A DNA stretch of 64,000 bases from a virus. The first letter of the stretch is position 1. The number at the start of each line of letters is the position of its first letter. The stretch is from positions 23,591 to 87,590 of IMG/VR virus record IMGVR_UViG_3300032265_003779, one strand, 5' to 3'. The position numbers and the translations under genes are program-made. Below the pieces are notes generated by a model. It was not told the origin of the DNA. It did not search any database and saw only the letters and a list, made by a program, of their open reading frames with translations. Shown here piece after piece: positions 1 to 9,479 of the stretch.

Positions 1-243
1 TATGATGGAATAGATGTTAAATACTATTACAATGATGGTTTGGTTTATACTTCATTACAAGAAGTAACTAGTCCATTATACATATTTTTCCCAATTTTAT
101 CAATAAGCGAGGGCATCATAGATATCTGTGTTAAATCTACATCTCCTACACCTACGCCTACACTCACACCTACTCCTACACTCACACCTACTCCTACACT
201 CACACCTACTCCTACACTCACACCTACTCCTACACTCATGTAA
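1..243 (+). CDS. C-terminal part of a protein ending in a Pro-Thr-Leu repeat tail (partial, runs off the window)
   Basis: Frame is open from base 1 (YDGIDVKYYYNDG...) to TAA at 241-243; ends in TPTPTL repeats. Confidence 0.75.
   Translation, partial: YDGIDVKYYYNDGLVYTSLQEVTSPLYIFFPILSISEGIIDICVKSTSPTPTPTLTPTPTLTPTPTLTPTPTLTPTPTLM
144..237 (+). repeat. 18-bp tandem repeat (ACACTCACACCTACTCCT), about 4.5 copies, encoding TLTPTP
   Basis: Direct reading of the sequence. Confidence 0.95.
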
Positions 244-344
244 GCCCCGGAACTATATGGTACTGGGTGCGAGGTTAACAGCTTGAAAAGCTTTTGAAAA
301 AATGGTATAGATTATTATCAATTGTCTCTTAAAAAGGTAAAAAA

Positions 345-806
345 ATGAATCTTGCAACAGAACTTGTAGAAATTTTAAATAATCATTTAAAGAATGAATG
401 GAAACATCATAATTTTTATCTTCACAATGCAAGCAATGTAGTTGGATTGCATTGTCTTGAATATAAAGAATTTTTCTTAAAACAAGCAGCAAGTGAAATG
501 AATCATGTTTCTGAATTTTCAGATCTTATTGTTGGATTAAGAGGAACTCCAACAAAAGAAAGCAATTTCTTTCCATCATTAAAAGATCCTATAAATATTA
601 TTAAATATGCGATAGAAATGGAAGAAGAAGTAATAAACAACTATGTTTCTTTATGTAAATTAATAGAAAACTCTGCCCCATGGCTTAATAAAGTCGAATC
701 AAAATATAGTGAAAGTGATTTTTATTGGGTTGTTTTATTTTTAGAAGAACAAATACAAGATAGCAGAAAAGATAGAGATTTAATGGTTCAAATGATAGGT
801 GTTTGA
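345..806 (+). CDS. Ferritin-like / bacterioferritin family protein
   Basis: NE..hh..Y, E-M-N-H, GGxP-like turn and EMEEEVINNY four-helix-bundle pattern; the C-terminal ExxH ligand is not conserved. Confidence 0.75.
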   Translation: MNLATELVEILNNHLKNEWKHHNFYLHNASNVVGLHCLEYKEFFLKQAASEMNHVSEFSDLIVGLRGTPTKESNFFPSLKDPINIIKYAIEMEEEVINNYVSLCKLIENSAPWLNKVESKYSESDFYWVVLFLEEQIQDSRKDRDLMVQMIGV

Positions 807-809
807 AAA

Positions 810-1376
810 ATGAATAAAATTCTTTTGTTGTGTAGTCATTTAGAATCTGATGTGGATACTCTTTCTGAGAATCTAAATTCAGGAAGCAAACTTCAAAAAC
901 TCAATGGAAACTACAACACTATTGATTGTCTTTTTTTAAAAAAAAATAATTTTCAGTATAACAAAAGACCAAAATTTTATTTTGATCAAATTTTATTTAA
1001 TCATGAGTTTTCATGTAAAGAACTTTATAATCATCTAAATTTTATTTATTTAATAGGAGAGCCTAGAAAAACAATAACAAATATTGTTTATAATAATATT
1101 TATGATGAAAAAACAGCATGTAATTATTATTGCTTTAGAATAAGAAGAATGTATGAAATGATAAGAAGATCTAAAAAATATTTAGTATTTTTTAATGATG
1201 TTAACAATACTGAAACATACGAAAATATTCATAACATGTTGGGTATAAAAGATAAATTAAAAATTAAAAAAGAAATAAAAGAAACAAAAGAAATAAGGTT
1301 GGATAGAAATCTTATAGAAGAAGTAGAAAATTTTTACGAAAAATATAGATATAAAATCAAAAACCAACTAACTTGA
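810..1376 (+). CDS. Degenerate sulfotransferase-fold-like protein
   Basis: N-terminal beta strand plus P-loop-like segment, and FIYLIGEPRKTI resembling the hhhhRDP 3'-PB motif; key residues are divergent. Confidence 0.35.
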   Translation: MNKILLLCSHLESDVDTLSENLNSGSKLQKLNGNYNTIDCLFLKKNNFQYNKRPKFYFDQILFNHEFSCKELYNHLNFIYLIGEPRKTITNIVYNNIYDEKTACNYYCFRIRRMYEMIRRSKKYLVFFNDVNNTETYENIHNMLGIKDKLKIKKEIKETKEIRLDRNLIEEVENFYEKYRYKIKNQLT

Positions 1377-1405
1377 TCCCAACCTTGAGGTGGCTCAACT
1401 ATCAC

Positions 1406-3985
1406 TCATTGTGTTTGTTTATCTTTAACTCCCGGTTGACCTTTAAGTTCTAAAACATGAAGTTCATCTTCGGCTCTTGTGCGACCAATATATTTATTAT
1501 TCATTTCTTGCTCTAGATCTTCTTGTCTTGTTGATCTGGGGTGTGGCCACATATCATCTCTCAATATATAAACACGTTGGAACTGCAGACCTTTTGATTT
1601 ATGAACCGTGGAAAGTATTACTGGGTTTAATTCTTTTACCTTCTTTTTATAATCAGCACGATCACGGTCACCCTGAGGACCAGATTTTTCAAGGTCTAAA
1701 CCTCCAAATTTATCACTTAACCATCTTTTCAGACTATCGATATTTCCATCCGGAGACTCTTGCATAAATTGCTCGGAAGCAGAATACAAAGCATCTGTGA
1801 TTTCTTTCAATTCTTTTAATTTTCCTGACATAGCCGCCTTGCCAGAGTGCTTTTCAACTTGTTCTTCATTGTAATTATACATAGCCATTAACAACTCATC
1901 AACACTAGATGAATTATTTAATTTAAATAATTCAATGATCTTTTTGATGTGTTTGTCTAGGTCGTTAGCAATATCTTTACCAAGAATAATAAAAGGTATA
2001 CCATCTTTCATTAAGCGTAAACTAGCATGGACCAAAGGTTCATTTGTTCTTGACAAGAAAGCTGTTTGTTTAACCTCTCCCATATCACGCATTTCACTGT
2101 TTAAAGTTTCGAAAGCTTCTTCGTAGTTTATTTCACCATTTGTTGCCTGTCCTTTGCCAATTTTTCCCGGACCTTCTTTAAATTCTCTGCCTTTGGATAA
2201 ATTGGAGACGTGTCCCATTTTTCGCCCCTCTTCATTTGTCATATCTATGACAGCCTGTCTAGATCGGAAATTCTGTGTGATCTCTTTTTCCACATCTTTT
2301 TCATGAGATTGGTCCTTCAACATACTAGATAATTGATCAAATGCTCCAGAGTCTGCACCCCTGAATCTGTATATTGCTTGATTAGGATCTCCTACAGCAA
2401 CAATTTTAGCTCCATTTTCTGCCAATTTTTTAAGAATTATTTGTTGGGCTACATTAAAATCTTGGACCTCATCAGCAAATACAACTTCATATTTAGGCCA
2501 CTTAAATTCATCTGCATGAATTGCAGAGAACCATAAGTCATCATCAAAGTCTCGTTTTGTTCCCAAAACTTGCTCTACACCTGCGTGGGGTTCTTTATCA
2601 GCAGTGAATTTTTCTTGAGATGCATGAGGCATTACTTCATTTAAGAGCCAGGATGTTGCTTTTATTAATTCTTCTGTGAAGTCTCTTTTTGTAAAATCTT
2701 CTCCCATCAGCTTATTGATATACTCTGCTGCCCAAGGTGAATTTTTTTGAATCCTTTCTTTTATGTTATCGAGATTTGTATTTAAATCATACTTTTTCAT
2801 TATTTCTCTTAAATCACCATCTAATTCTTGTTTATTTCTTGGATCGGCAGCAAAAGACTTGGCCAAACCTAAAAATTTCAATGCTTCTGATTTAAATTCA
2901 ATGTTAATACTTCTTAATATATACCACAAACTTTTTTCTGTTGAACCGAGTCTTTTGGGATCATCTCCATAAACTTCTTCTTGATTTGGGATGTTTAATG
3001 ATTTAATGAGTTTTTTAAATCCTTGTGAGTCTGCGACCATCCTGGACTTCTCTTTAAAACTAAAACTTTGAATTCTATCTGTAGGTTTTAAATGATTTTT
3101 CCCCAGAATTTCTCTGCCTGCGAAACCATTAGTGGTTTCAACCTGTGTTGTTGGTGGAAATTCGTCTTTAGCCTCAGCTCTATTTTTAGAATTAAAAACT
3201 AAATATAACCATTTTTTACCTTTTCCAAATTTCCAAGCTAAGTGTTTCAATACTGTGGTTTTACCACTACCTGCCAAAGCATTAATCACCATATGAGACT
3301 GTTGGGGGCTGGCAAGCATTTTGACAAACTTATCTTCTATTGCTTTTTGCTCTGGTGTAATTCTTTCTTCTGGAATGGTTTGACTTCCGGATTTTTTTGG
3401 GGGTGTGATAGCTTCCAGAACTTCACTGGGCTTTTTTCCTTTTACGAATTGCCCCAACTCATTTTTTTGACTTTTTACTATGTTTTTAATTTCCATAGCA
3501 GGAATTAAACCTCTGGAGACTAACCTTCCTTCTTCTGGGTCAAGAATCACAAACATCCAATTTTGTTCATCTTTTTTCTTCATTGCTAGATCTAGGTCTA
3601 CTGCCGGGATTCCATACTCATTATTAATCATAATAGATTTTGCCCAAATCCATTCATGTAGCACATCCAGCGTGGCTCTAACTGGTGCCGATTTGGTTTG
3701 TAAAGAGGAAGATTGAGTAGATCTTGATGGAATAGAAGATTGGGTGGGTTTTGGTTGAGAAGAAGATTGAGTAGGTTTTGGAGGGGAATTCATTGCAATA
3801 ATTTTTTTATCTACGGGATGATACCAAACCGTATCGCCCTTAGAGAATTTTCCGTATTTATCATCAAAAGGAACCTTCCATTTAAACCAACCTGGTCCTG
3901 GGGATTCATTGCCTTCGTCAAACTTTTCTTCATTAATAAACCATTCTTTAAAACAGATTGACAACCATTTATTAAATTTGTTCAT
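1406..3985 (-). CDS. UvrD/Rep superfamily 1 helicase with N-terminal extension
   Basis: ALAGSGKTT, DEVQD, VGDPNQAIYRFRGA, NFRS, STVHKSKGLQF, YIGRTRA motifs. Confidence 0.93.
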   Translation of the reverse strand: MNKFNKWLSICFKEWFINEEKFDEGNESPGPGWFKWKVPFDDKYGKFSKGDTVWYHPVDKKIIAMNSPPKPTQSSSQPKPTQSSIPSRSTQSSSLQTKSAPVRATLDVLHEWIWAKSIMINNEYGIPAVDLDLAMKKKDEQNWMFVILDPEEGRLVSRGLIPAMEIKNIVKSQKNELGQFVKGKKPSEVLEAITPPKKSGSQTIPEERITPEQKAIEDKFVKMLASPQQSHMVINALAGSGKTTVLKHLAWKFGKGKKWLYLVFNSKNRAEAKDEFPPTTQVETTNGFAGREILGKNHLKPTDRIQSFSFKEKSRMVADSQGFKKLIKSLNIPNQEEVYGDDPKRLGSTEKSLWYILRSINIEFKSEALKFLGLAKSFAADPRNKQELDGDLREIMKKYDLNTNLDNIKERIQKNSPWAAEYINKLMGEDFTKRDFTEELIKATSWLLNEVMPHASQEKFTADKEPHAGVEQVLGTKRDFDDDLWFSAIHADEFKWPKYEVVFADEVQDFNVAQQIILKKLAENGAKIVAVGDPNQAIYRFRGADSGAFDQLSSMLKDQSHEKDVEKEITQNFRSRQAVIDMTNEEGRKMGHVSNLSKGREFKEGPGKIGKGQATNGEINYEEAFETLNSEMRDMGEVKQTAFLSRTNEPLVHASLRLMKDGIPFIILGKDIANDLDKHIKKIIELFKLNNSSSVDELLMAMYNYNEEQVEKHSGKAAMSGKLKELKEITDALYSASEQFMQESPDGNIDSLKRWLSDKFGGLDLEKSGPQGDRDRADYKKKVKELNPVILSTVHKSKGLQFQRVYILRDDMWPHPRSTRQEDLEQEMNNKYIGRTRAEDELHVLELKGQPGVKDKQTQ

Positions 3986-4073
3986 TTCATAATCCTTTTT
4001 AAAACCACGACTTATTTATGACAAATATTTTAAAAAAATAATATATATCTTTACAAATCATAAAGGAAATTAA

Positions 4074-7000
4074 ATGAAAACATATACCAGCGACCTAACT
4101 TCAAAACCAGATTGGCTCGGAACCTATGGTGACCAAACTGGGAAAACCTTGGATACTGATTTTGGTTTTGGTGTTGATGGCATGTATTTCAATGGGAATG
4201 CCGGAGGGGGCAGTGGTGACAATCCAGCAACTGGGTATAGTGTCAGAACTAATTTCAACATCAGTGGATATCAGGTTTGCGAAGTTATTTTTACGGCAGA
4301 CCATAGTGATAGTTGCACAGATCAAGGAATATGTTTTTATAATGATGGGCAATCACCAAATTGGAATTGGGATCCAGATTCCTCCAGAATAGCTTTTTCC
4401 CTGAACTGTCCTATTCCATACATCTATGGAACAAACAAATTTGTAAATAATAGTGGCGAATATTATGGTAATTCCACGGAGCAATCAGGTTCCGAGGTTC
4501 TGGGGAGTGGCATCTACACATTCAAAGTGACTTATAATCCAATTGCCAGAACCGTAACTGCAATTACCTATGAAGGTGAAGACACTTCGGGAACCGTTCT
4601 AGACACTATTGTTTTACATGAAAAATTGATGAATGGTGGTTCTTACAGAATTGGATTTGATGCTGATAACGATGAAGGCACAGCTTACTTCAAAAGCCTC
4701 AAGATAAATGTGTATGAAACAAACGGCATATCAGATAACACAGAACTAAATAACCAACTTAGCAGCCTCAAAACTGGGTACTATCAAGTTACGGATCTTG
4801 TTGAGGGTCCGTTTCTTTTTTCAGATGATGCAGATATAGATGGTGGAGATGGAGATGGAATAGACCCTAATTTCAATGAATTAGGAATTGGCACAACAGT
4901 ATGCATACAAGAAGACGGCAAAATTGTGGTTGGTGGGCTGTCGGGAACACTTGATGGATCAAAATATTTAAGAAGAATAGATGTTAGTGGAAATGAAGAT
5001 GAATCGTTCACTCCTCCATCTTTTGGACTTAACGGAATGGTAAACAGCGTTGTTCAGATGAGTGATGGAAGGTTGGTTGTGGGCGGCAATTTTCTTAATG
5101 TTGAAAGGTTTGATGGACTATCCAACAGCGGATCAATAACCTTTGACACTGATTATCAAGGCGGAACCGGCATCAATGGAAATGGACTCTTCCTACCTCC
5201 GTCTGCAAACATAGTCGAAGTTGGTTGGACCGTAACATTCCGAGATTCTAGCACAAGAACAGTAATTAGTTCTTATTTTAACGAATTAAACTTCTGGACG
5301 GTTGGACTCGACAGCAACATAACATTGAATCCTGCTTTCCCACTAACAATATCACAGCCAAATTGGAAACCAACAATAGACGGCAACATAGTAAATATTA
5401 GTGGAATGGTTTGCTTGAAAACTGATGGTTCTCTGAGCAAGAGAGATGGTGGAGATGTTGGCTTTGAGGACAGGGCAATAAGTGGTGTTCCCTTACAAGT
5501 TTATGCAATAAAATTATTGAACGATGATAGTGTTTTAGTTGGAGGACATTTTACCCACTATGATGGTGTGGAATCTCCTTTTTTGGCAAAAATAGGCAGT
5601 GACGGAGTTATAGATGAGGGTTTTGCAACTAATATTATAAGCCTAAGTTTGGATAATGGTGTGTCAAGTATTGCTATTGATAGCAATGGCAAAATACTAA
5701 TTGGAGGAACTTTCTCGGAAGCAATCAAGAGGCTTAACAGCGATGGATCGGTAGATAGTTCTTTTGAACCGGGAACTGGTTTCACTGGCAATACCTTTCA
5801 ACAGAATGGAGTTTTTTCAATACTTCCATTTGATAATGGACAAATGTTGGTTGGACATTCTAGCAAATACTACAACGGAACATTATGTGGCAATGGTTTG
5901 GTGAGATTGAACGGTGATGGTTCTCTGGATGTATCTTATACAGCAGATCTATATAACAGCCACAGTAATATTGGAACTGTAACATCGATAGTCCAACAAG
6001 AAAATGGAAAAGTAATTGTTGGAGGGTACTTTAACCTTGCAGATGGATTCAGTGCAAATGAAATATTTAGGTTGAATTCTGATGGTTCTAAAGATGAAAG
6101 TTTCAATAGTGTATTTGGATTTACTCCCGCAGGTTATAATTGGGGACCAGCAACAAATGATATTAAATTAGATTCAGTTGGTAATGTTTATGTTGCAGGA
6201 AGCTTCACCGACTACAACCATGCAGCAAGATTTCAGTATGCCAAATTGGACACAAATGGGACATTGCAAGAATGGAGTGTTCTGCCTGCGTTCAAACAAG
6301 TGGGAATAGACGACGGCATGGACGACATGTATGACGGAGCAAATTTTTTAAATACTAATCTGACGCTTCCTTATCTTTACATTAAGTGCTATGGAGGCAA
6401 TAATGTTGTCAGCGGTGGCGAAGGAGCTTGCGGGTGTCCTGAGCCACCAGTTATTTGTGGGCTTAACGCTAACAGTAGCATTCCTTCCACTCACACTCAA
6501 GCATGGGATCAAGGACCAGAGGACGATTTTTATGATGAATCAAGAGGTTCAGACGAAACAGGTAGCGACGATATTGAGTGGCCTGAGCACAGATATCTTC
6601 CCGTGTGTGATAGCCATGTTATGGTCGCAGATGGATATTTCGGAGATGGAAGCAGCTATTTTACAGCTATGTTCCCCGGCATGTTCGTACTTGCTGCAAA
6701 TAATATTGATATTACACAGTTTTCAATAACTGGTAATATCGGCTCAGACGGTGATGGTGCAGATGTTGCAGAAATATTCCCAATCAATGTCGGGGGCAAC
6801 ACATACACCGCATATCTCAAAACTAATTACGGTGCTGGTGATCCCTCGATAAACCACATCATAATCGTAGATGGCGATGGAAATGGAATTGAACAATTTT
6901 ACGATCCAACATCAGAGGGAGATGAACATTGCATCACTGGTATTGAGGGGAAGACAAAACTCTTCTTTCTTTGTTTAGGAAAAGCTAATGGTGTGGCAAT

Positions 7001-7472
7001 GACAAGGTCAGAGGCACAAAATATTGCAACTAAGTTCTTGGAAGTAATAGGATTAGGGAGTTGCTCAGTAAAAACATATGAATTAGACCTTAGCCCAGAC
7101 AATCCAGAAACAATTCACAATTATAACTATTATGGTGAAGGCAATATGGATACAGCTATAATAGTTGATCCCATTACTGGTAAACGTAGATCTCTACAAA
7201 GAACTGGGTATTTTGAAATAACTGACAATTGTGGAAACAGAAAAGTTGTTTCAGCTAGAGATGGGGAGACATTTACCAATTCAACAAATTGGGAAGATGC
7301 AATATCTCAGTCTATAGTTGGTCCAACGCCAACAGCTACACCAACAGCTACACCAACAGCTACACCAACAGCTACACCAACAGCTACACCAACAGCTACA
7401 CCAACAGCTACACCAACAGCTACACCAACAGCTACACCAACAGCTACACCAACACCAACCTCTACACCATAA
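4074..7472 (+). CDS. Large putative virion/adhesin-like protein: lectin-like N-terminal domain, delta-60 (DUF5122-type) propeller repeats, C-terminal PTAT tail
   Basis: Repeated QxDGKIhVGGxF...RLNSDGSxDxSF units; SD AAGGA; C-terminal PTAT x10. Confidence 0.8.
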   Translation: MKTYTSDLTSKPDWLGTYGDQTGKTLDTDFGFGVDGMYFNGNAGGGSGDNPATGYSVRTNFNISGYQVCEVIFTADHSDSCTDQGICFYNDGQSPNWNWDPDSSRIAFSLNCPIPYIYGTNKFVNNSGEYYGNSTEQSGSEVLGSGIYTFKVTYNPIARTVTAITYEGEDTSGTVLDTIVLHEKLMNGGSYRIGFDADNDEGTAYFKSLKINVYETNGISDNTELNNQLSSLKTGYYQVTDLVEGPFLFSDDADIDGGDGDGIDPNFNELGIGTTVCIQEDGKIVVGGLSGTLDGSKYLRRIDVSGNEDESFTPPSFGLNGMVNSVVQMSDGRLVVGGNFLNVERFDGLSNSGSITFDTDYQGGTGINGNGLFLPPSANIVEVGWTVTFRDSSTRTVISSYFNELNFWTVGLDSNITLNPAFPLTISQPNWKPTIDGNIVNISGMVCLKTDGSLSKRDGGDVGFEDRAISGVPLQVYAIKLLNDDSVLVGGHFTHYDGVESPFLAKIGSDGVIDEGFATNIISLSLDNGVSSIAIDSNGKILIGGTFSEAIKRLNSDGSVDSSFEPGTGFTGNTFQQNGVFSILPFDNGQMLVGHSSKYYNGTLCGNGLVRLNGDGSLDVSYTADLYNSHSNIGTVTSIVQQENGKVIVGGYFNLADGFSANEIFRLNSDGSKDESFNSVFGFTPAGYNWGPATNDIKLDSVGNVYVAGSFTDYNHAARFQYAKLDTNGTLQEWSVLPAFKQVGIDDGMDDMYDGANFLNTNLTLPYLYIKCYGGNNVVSGGEGACGCPEPPVICGLNANSSIPSTHTQAWDQGPEDDFYDESRGSDETGSDDIEWPEHRYLPVCDSHVMVADGYFGDGSSYFTAMFPGMFVLAANNIDITQFSITGNIGSDGDGADVAEIFPINVGGNTYTAYLKTNYGAGDPSINHIIIVDGDGNGIEQFYDPTSEGDEHCITGIEGKTKLFFLCLGKANGVAMTRSEAQNIATKFLEVIGLGSCSVKTYELDLSPDNPETIHNYNYYGEGNMDTAIIVDPITGKRRSLQRTGYFEITDNCGNRKVVSARDGETFTNSTNWEDAISQSIVGPTPTATPTATPTATPTATPTATPTATPTATPTATPTATPTATPTPTSTP
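7329..7448 (+). repeat. 12-bp tandem repeat CCAACAGCTACA x10 (PTAT)
   Basis: Perfect tandem copies. Confidence 0.97.
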
Positions 7473-7738
7473 TGAAAAAGTTAAATTTTAAACAATGGTT
7501 TGAAAGTGGAGGAGGATTTATAGGTCAGTCAATGACTGATCCTGTTGATGACCATCCTCCAGCCGGAAGTGAAATAACTACTGATCCTTTCTATAGACCA
7601 GGTGATTCTCCTCCAACAAACAATAACAAAAAAAGAAAATTAAGAAAATTTAAAGTTGCCAAATTTGGATTTGATGCTGATGATGGCGGAGATAAAGTAG
7701 CAATAAGAAAAGAAGTATTACCAAACTACTTTATGTAA
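7472..7738 (+). CDS. Hypothetical protein with N-terminal tag (MKKLNFKQWFES)
   Basis: ATG overlaps the upstream TAA (TAATG); the track's longer ORF is a shadow of the repeat. Confidence 0.75.
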   Translation: MKKLNFKQWFESGGGFIGQSMTDPVDDHPPAGSEITTDPFYRPGDSPPTNNNKKRKLRKFKVAKFGFDADDGGDKVAIRKEVLPNYFM

Positions 7739-7743
7739 AAAAC

Positions 7744-7770
7744 AACCCACCAGATTTCTCTAGTGGGTTT
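7744..7770. terminator. Hairpin between convergent genes
   Basis: AACCCAC-CAGA-TTTC-TCTA-GTGGGTT. Confidence 0.55.
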
Positions 7771-7780
7771 AAAGATGAGG

Positions 7781-8473
7781 TCATTTCGGAAAAAAGATAT
7801 AGTTTTTATTATAGCTTCCTTGCTCACTATTTCTATCTTTGACTGGAATGTCTTTTAGTGCTGATATCCTATCATTTTTTGCACGAATAATAAACACCCA
7901 ACCACCCCATCTTCTGTTAAATTCATCCATACTCCAGACTCTAATCTTAAGATGTATATCACTGTTATCAATATATTTCACTATTCCTTTTTCTTCATCA
8001 TAGTGAACCATTGTCATAACATGACCTGGAATATCGAAGCCGCAGCCTCTGCCTTCCAAAGTACATCCTTTGATTAAAAGACTTTTATCTTTTTTGTCTG
8101 TGGTCATTTCGTATTCTATTCCGTATTTTTCAAACATCTTTCTTGCAGAGCTTGGACTTGCATAACTCTTATAATTATCATTGCGAGTTAAATTGTAAAG
8201 TCTGTCTTCTCCACAATATCTTGCTAATGTTTCAATACTTGACCAAACACACTGTATTCCAGTCCTATTAGGAACTCTATCCTCCATTGGGATAGGAACC
8301 TGTAGATCGTCTAAATTTTCGTCTACTAACCCTTCAAAACTAGCGGCTGGACTCGTACTAGTATCATAAGGATTAGGATATATATTTTCTGTAAGTTCTG
8401 TTGTTTTAGCAAATAAAACAAAGAATATATAAACAAAAAATATTACCAACAAAAACCATGAAATCCTTTTCAT
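7781..8473 (-). CDS. Membrane-anchored/secreted papain-fold (C39-like) cysteine peptidase
   Basis: N-terminal hydrophobic helix; QCVWSSIE (Cys), GHVM (His), YIDNS; SD AAGGAGG. Confidence 0.65.
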   Translation of the reverse strand: MKRISWFLLVIFFVYIFFVLFAKTTELTENIYPNPYDTSTSPAASFEGLVDENLDDLQVPIPMEDRVPNRTGIQCVWSSIETLARYCGEDRLYNLTRNDNYKSYASPSSARKMFEKYGIEYEMTTDKKDKSLLIKGCTLEGRGCGFDIPGHVMTMVHYDEEKGIVKYIDNSDIHLKIRVWSMDEFNRRWGGWVFIIRAKNDRISALKDIPVKDRNSEQGSYNKNYIFFPK

Positions 8474-8543
8474 AGTCCCTCCTTGTTATCCTTAACTATA
8501 AGTATTTATTATTCCTATTAATAAATTTTTACTATATAAAATT

Positions 8544-8669
8544 ATGACTATAATCTTATATCATGTAGCAATATTTTTATCTTTATTTGTTTTTATATGG
8601 CTTGGTATTTTTTGGATTACAGCCTGTTATGTGTTATTCGAAAATAAAAAAATCAACGATCATCAGTAG
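8544..8669 (+). CDS. Small single-TM protein, 41 aa (not in the ORF track)
   Basis: MTIILYHVAIFLSLFVFIWLGIFW...; TATATA box 5 nt upstream of the ATG. Confidence 0.5.
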   Translation: MTIILYHVAIFLSLFVFIWLGIFWITACYVLFENKKINDHQ

Positions 8670-8928
8670 CAATATTTTTAAATCTACTTAAAGAAACGTT
8701 GGGATTTTTTAACATATTTTCAAATAAAGCATTTGCTTTTGCGGTATGTATTTTTTTCCAAGCACTTTTTCTTGTTTGAAGAGTGTATTTTTTAAATACT
8801 TTTTGTATAGCCGCAGCCAGATCCATAACAGCATCAACTCTGTTGGAGTCTGACTGTGATAATTTTTTATCATCTTTTTTTGATGACTTTTTGTCTTCGT
8901 TTATAATCCACTCATTAAAACTTTTCAT
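8653..8928 (-). CDS. Hypothetical basic protein with N-terminal tag (MKSFNEWIINE)
   Basis: ATGA-coupled to the upstream gene. Confidence 0.8.
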   Translation of the reverse strand: MKSFNEWIINEDKKSSKKDDKKLSQSDSNRVDAVMDLAAAIQKVFKKYTLQTRKSAWKKIHTAKANALFENMLKNPNVSLSRFKNIATDDR

Positions 8929-9284
8929 GGAGCTGAAAACTCCGAATCCATACTTGGCTTCTTAATAACATTGTCCATCGAATCGCCAGATTCTGAACCC
9001 GAGACACCGGTATCATCTCCAGAATGCTTTCTGGCAGCAGCTCTTAACTTGTTTACATCTATCTGGTCGTAAAGTGCTTTCATGCTTGGATCTCTGCTAC
9101 TGAGAGTTCTTAGCATTGTCATTAATCGACTCATATCAGAAGAAGCAGCTTGCATAACTAAATTCACCACAGTTGATACTGCTGCCTCTTGGTCGGCATC
9201 ATATGAAGCATTTCCAAAACTTGTTTCTAATTCACCTCTTAATCCTGTGTCCATCGCTTCTAAAAACTTGTGAAAACTCTTCAT
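8925..9284 (-). CDS. Hypothetical protein with N-terminal tag (MKSFHKFLE)
   Basis: SD AGGA; TATATA box upstream. Confidence 0.8.
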   Translation of the reverse strand: MKSFHKFLEAMDTGLRGELETSFGNASYDADQEAAVSTVVNLVMQAASSDMSRLMTMLRTLSSRDPSMKALYDQIDVNKLRAAARKHSGDDTGVSGSESGDSMDNVIKKPSMDSEFSAP

Positions 9285-9479
9285 ATTTTTCCTATCTTAA
9301 AGTGGTAAAAGTATATATTAAAAAAACTTAAAAATTTTTTAAGCCTTTCTTCATATATATGGTTTAGAGGATTTATTTAAAGAGTTGGAATGAACTCTTT
9401 GAACAATTTGTTCAAAAAGCCCATTAAAGTGGGAGCATTCACAAACGATTAAAAATCAACCTAGGGAGATATAAAAAAT

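Noticed and set aside
45-239. Antisense VGVG ORFs (also 18800-19093 and 28373-28651) and alternative-frame NSYT or poly-Q ORFs (7289 start, 28457-28639)
   Set aside because: Shadows of the Pro-Thr tandem repeats, with no independent initiation signals
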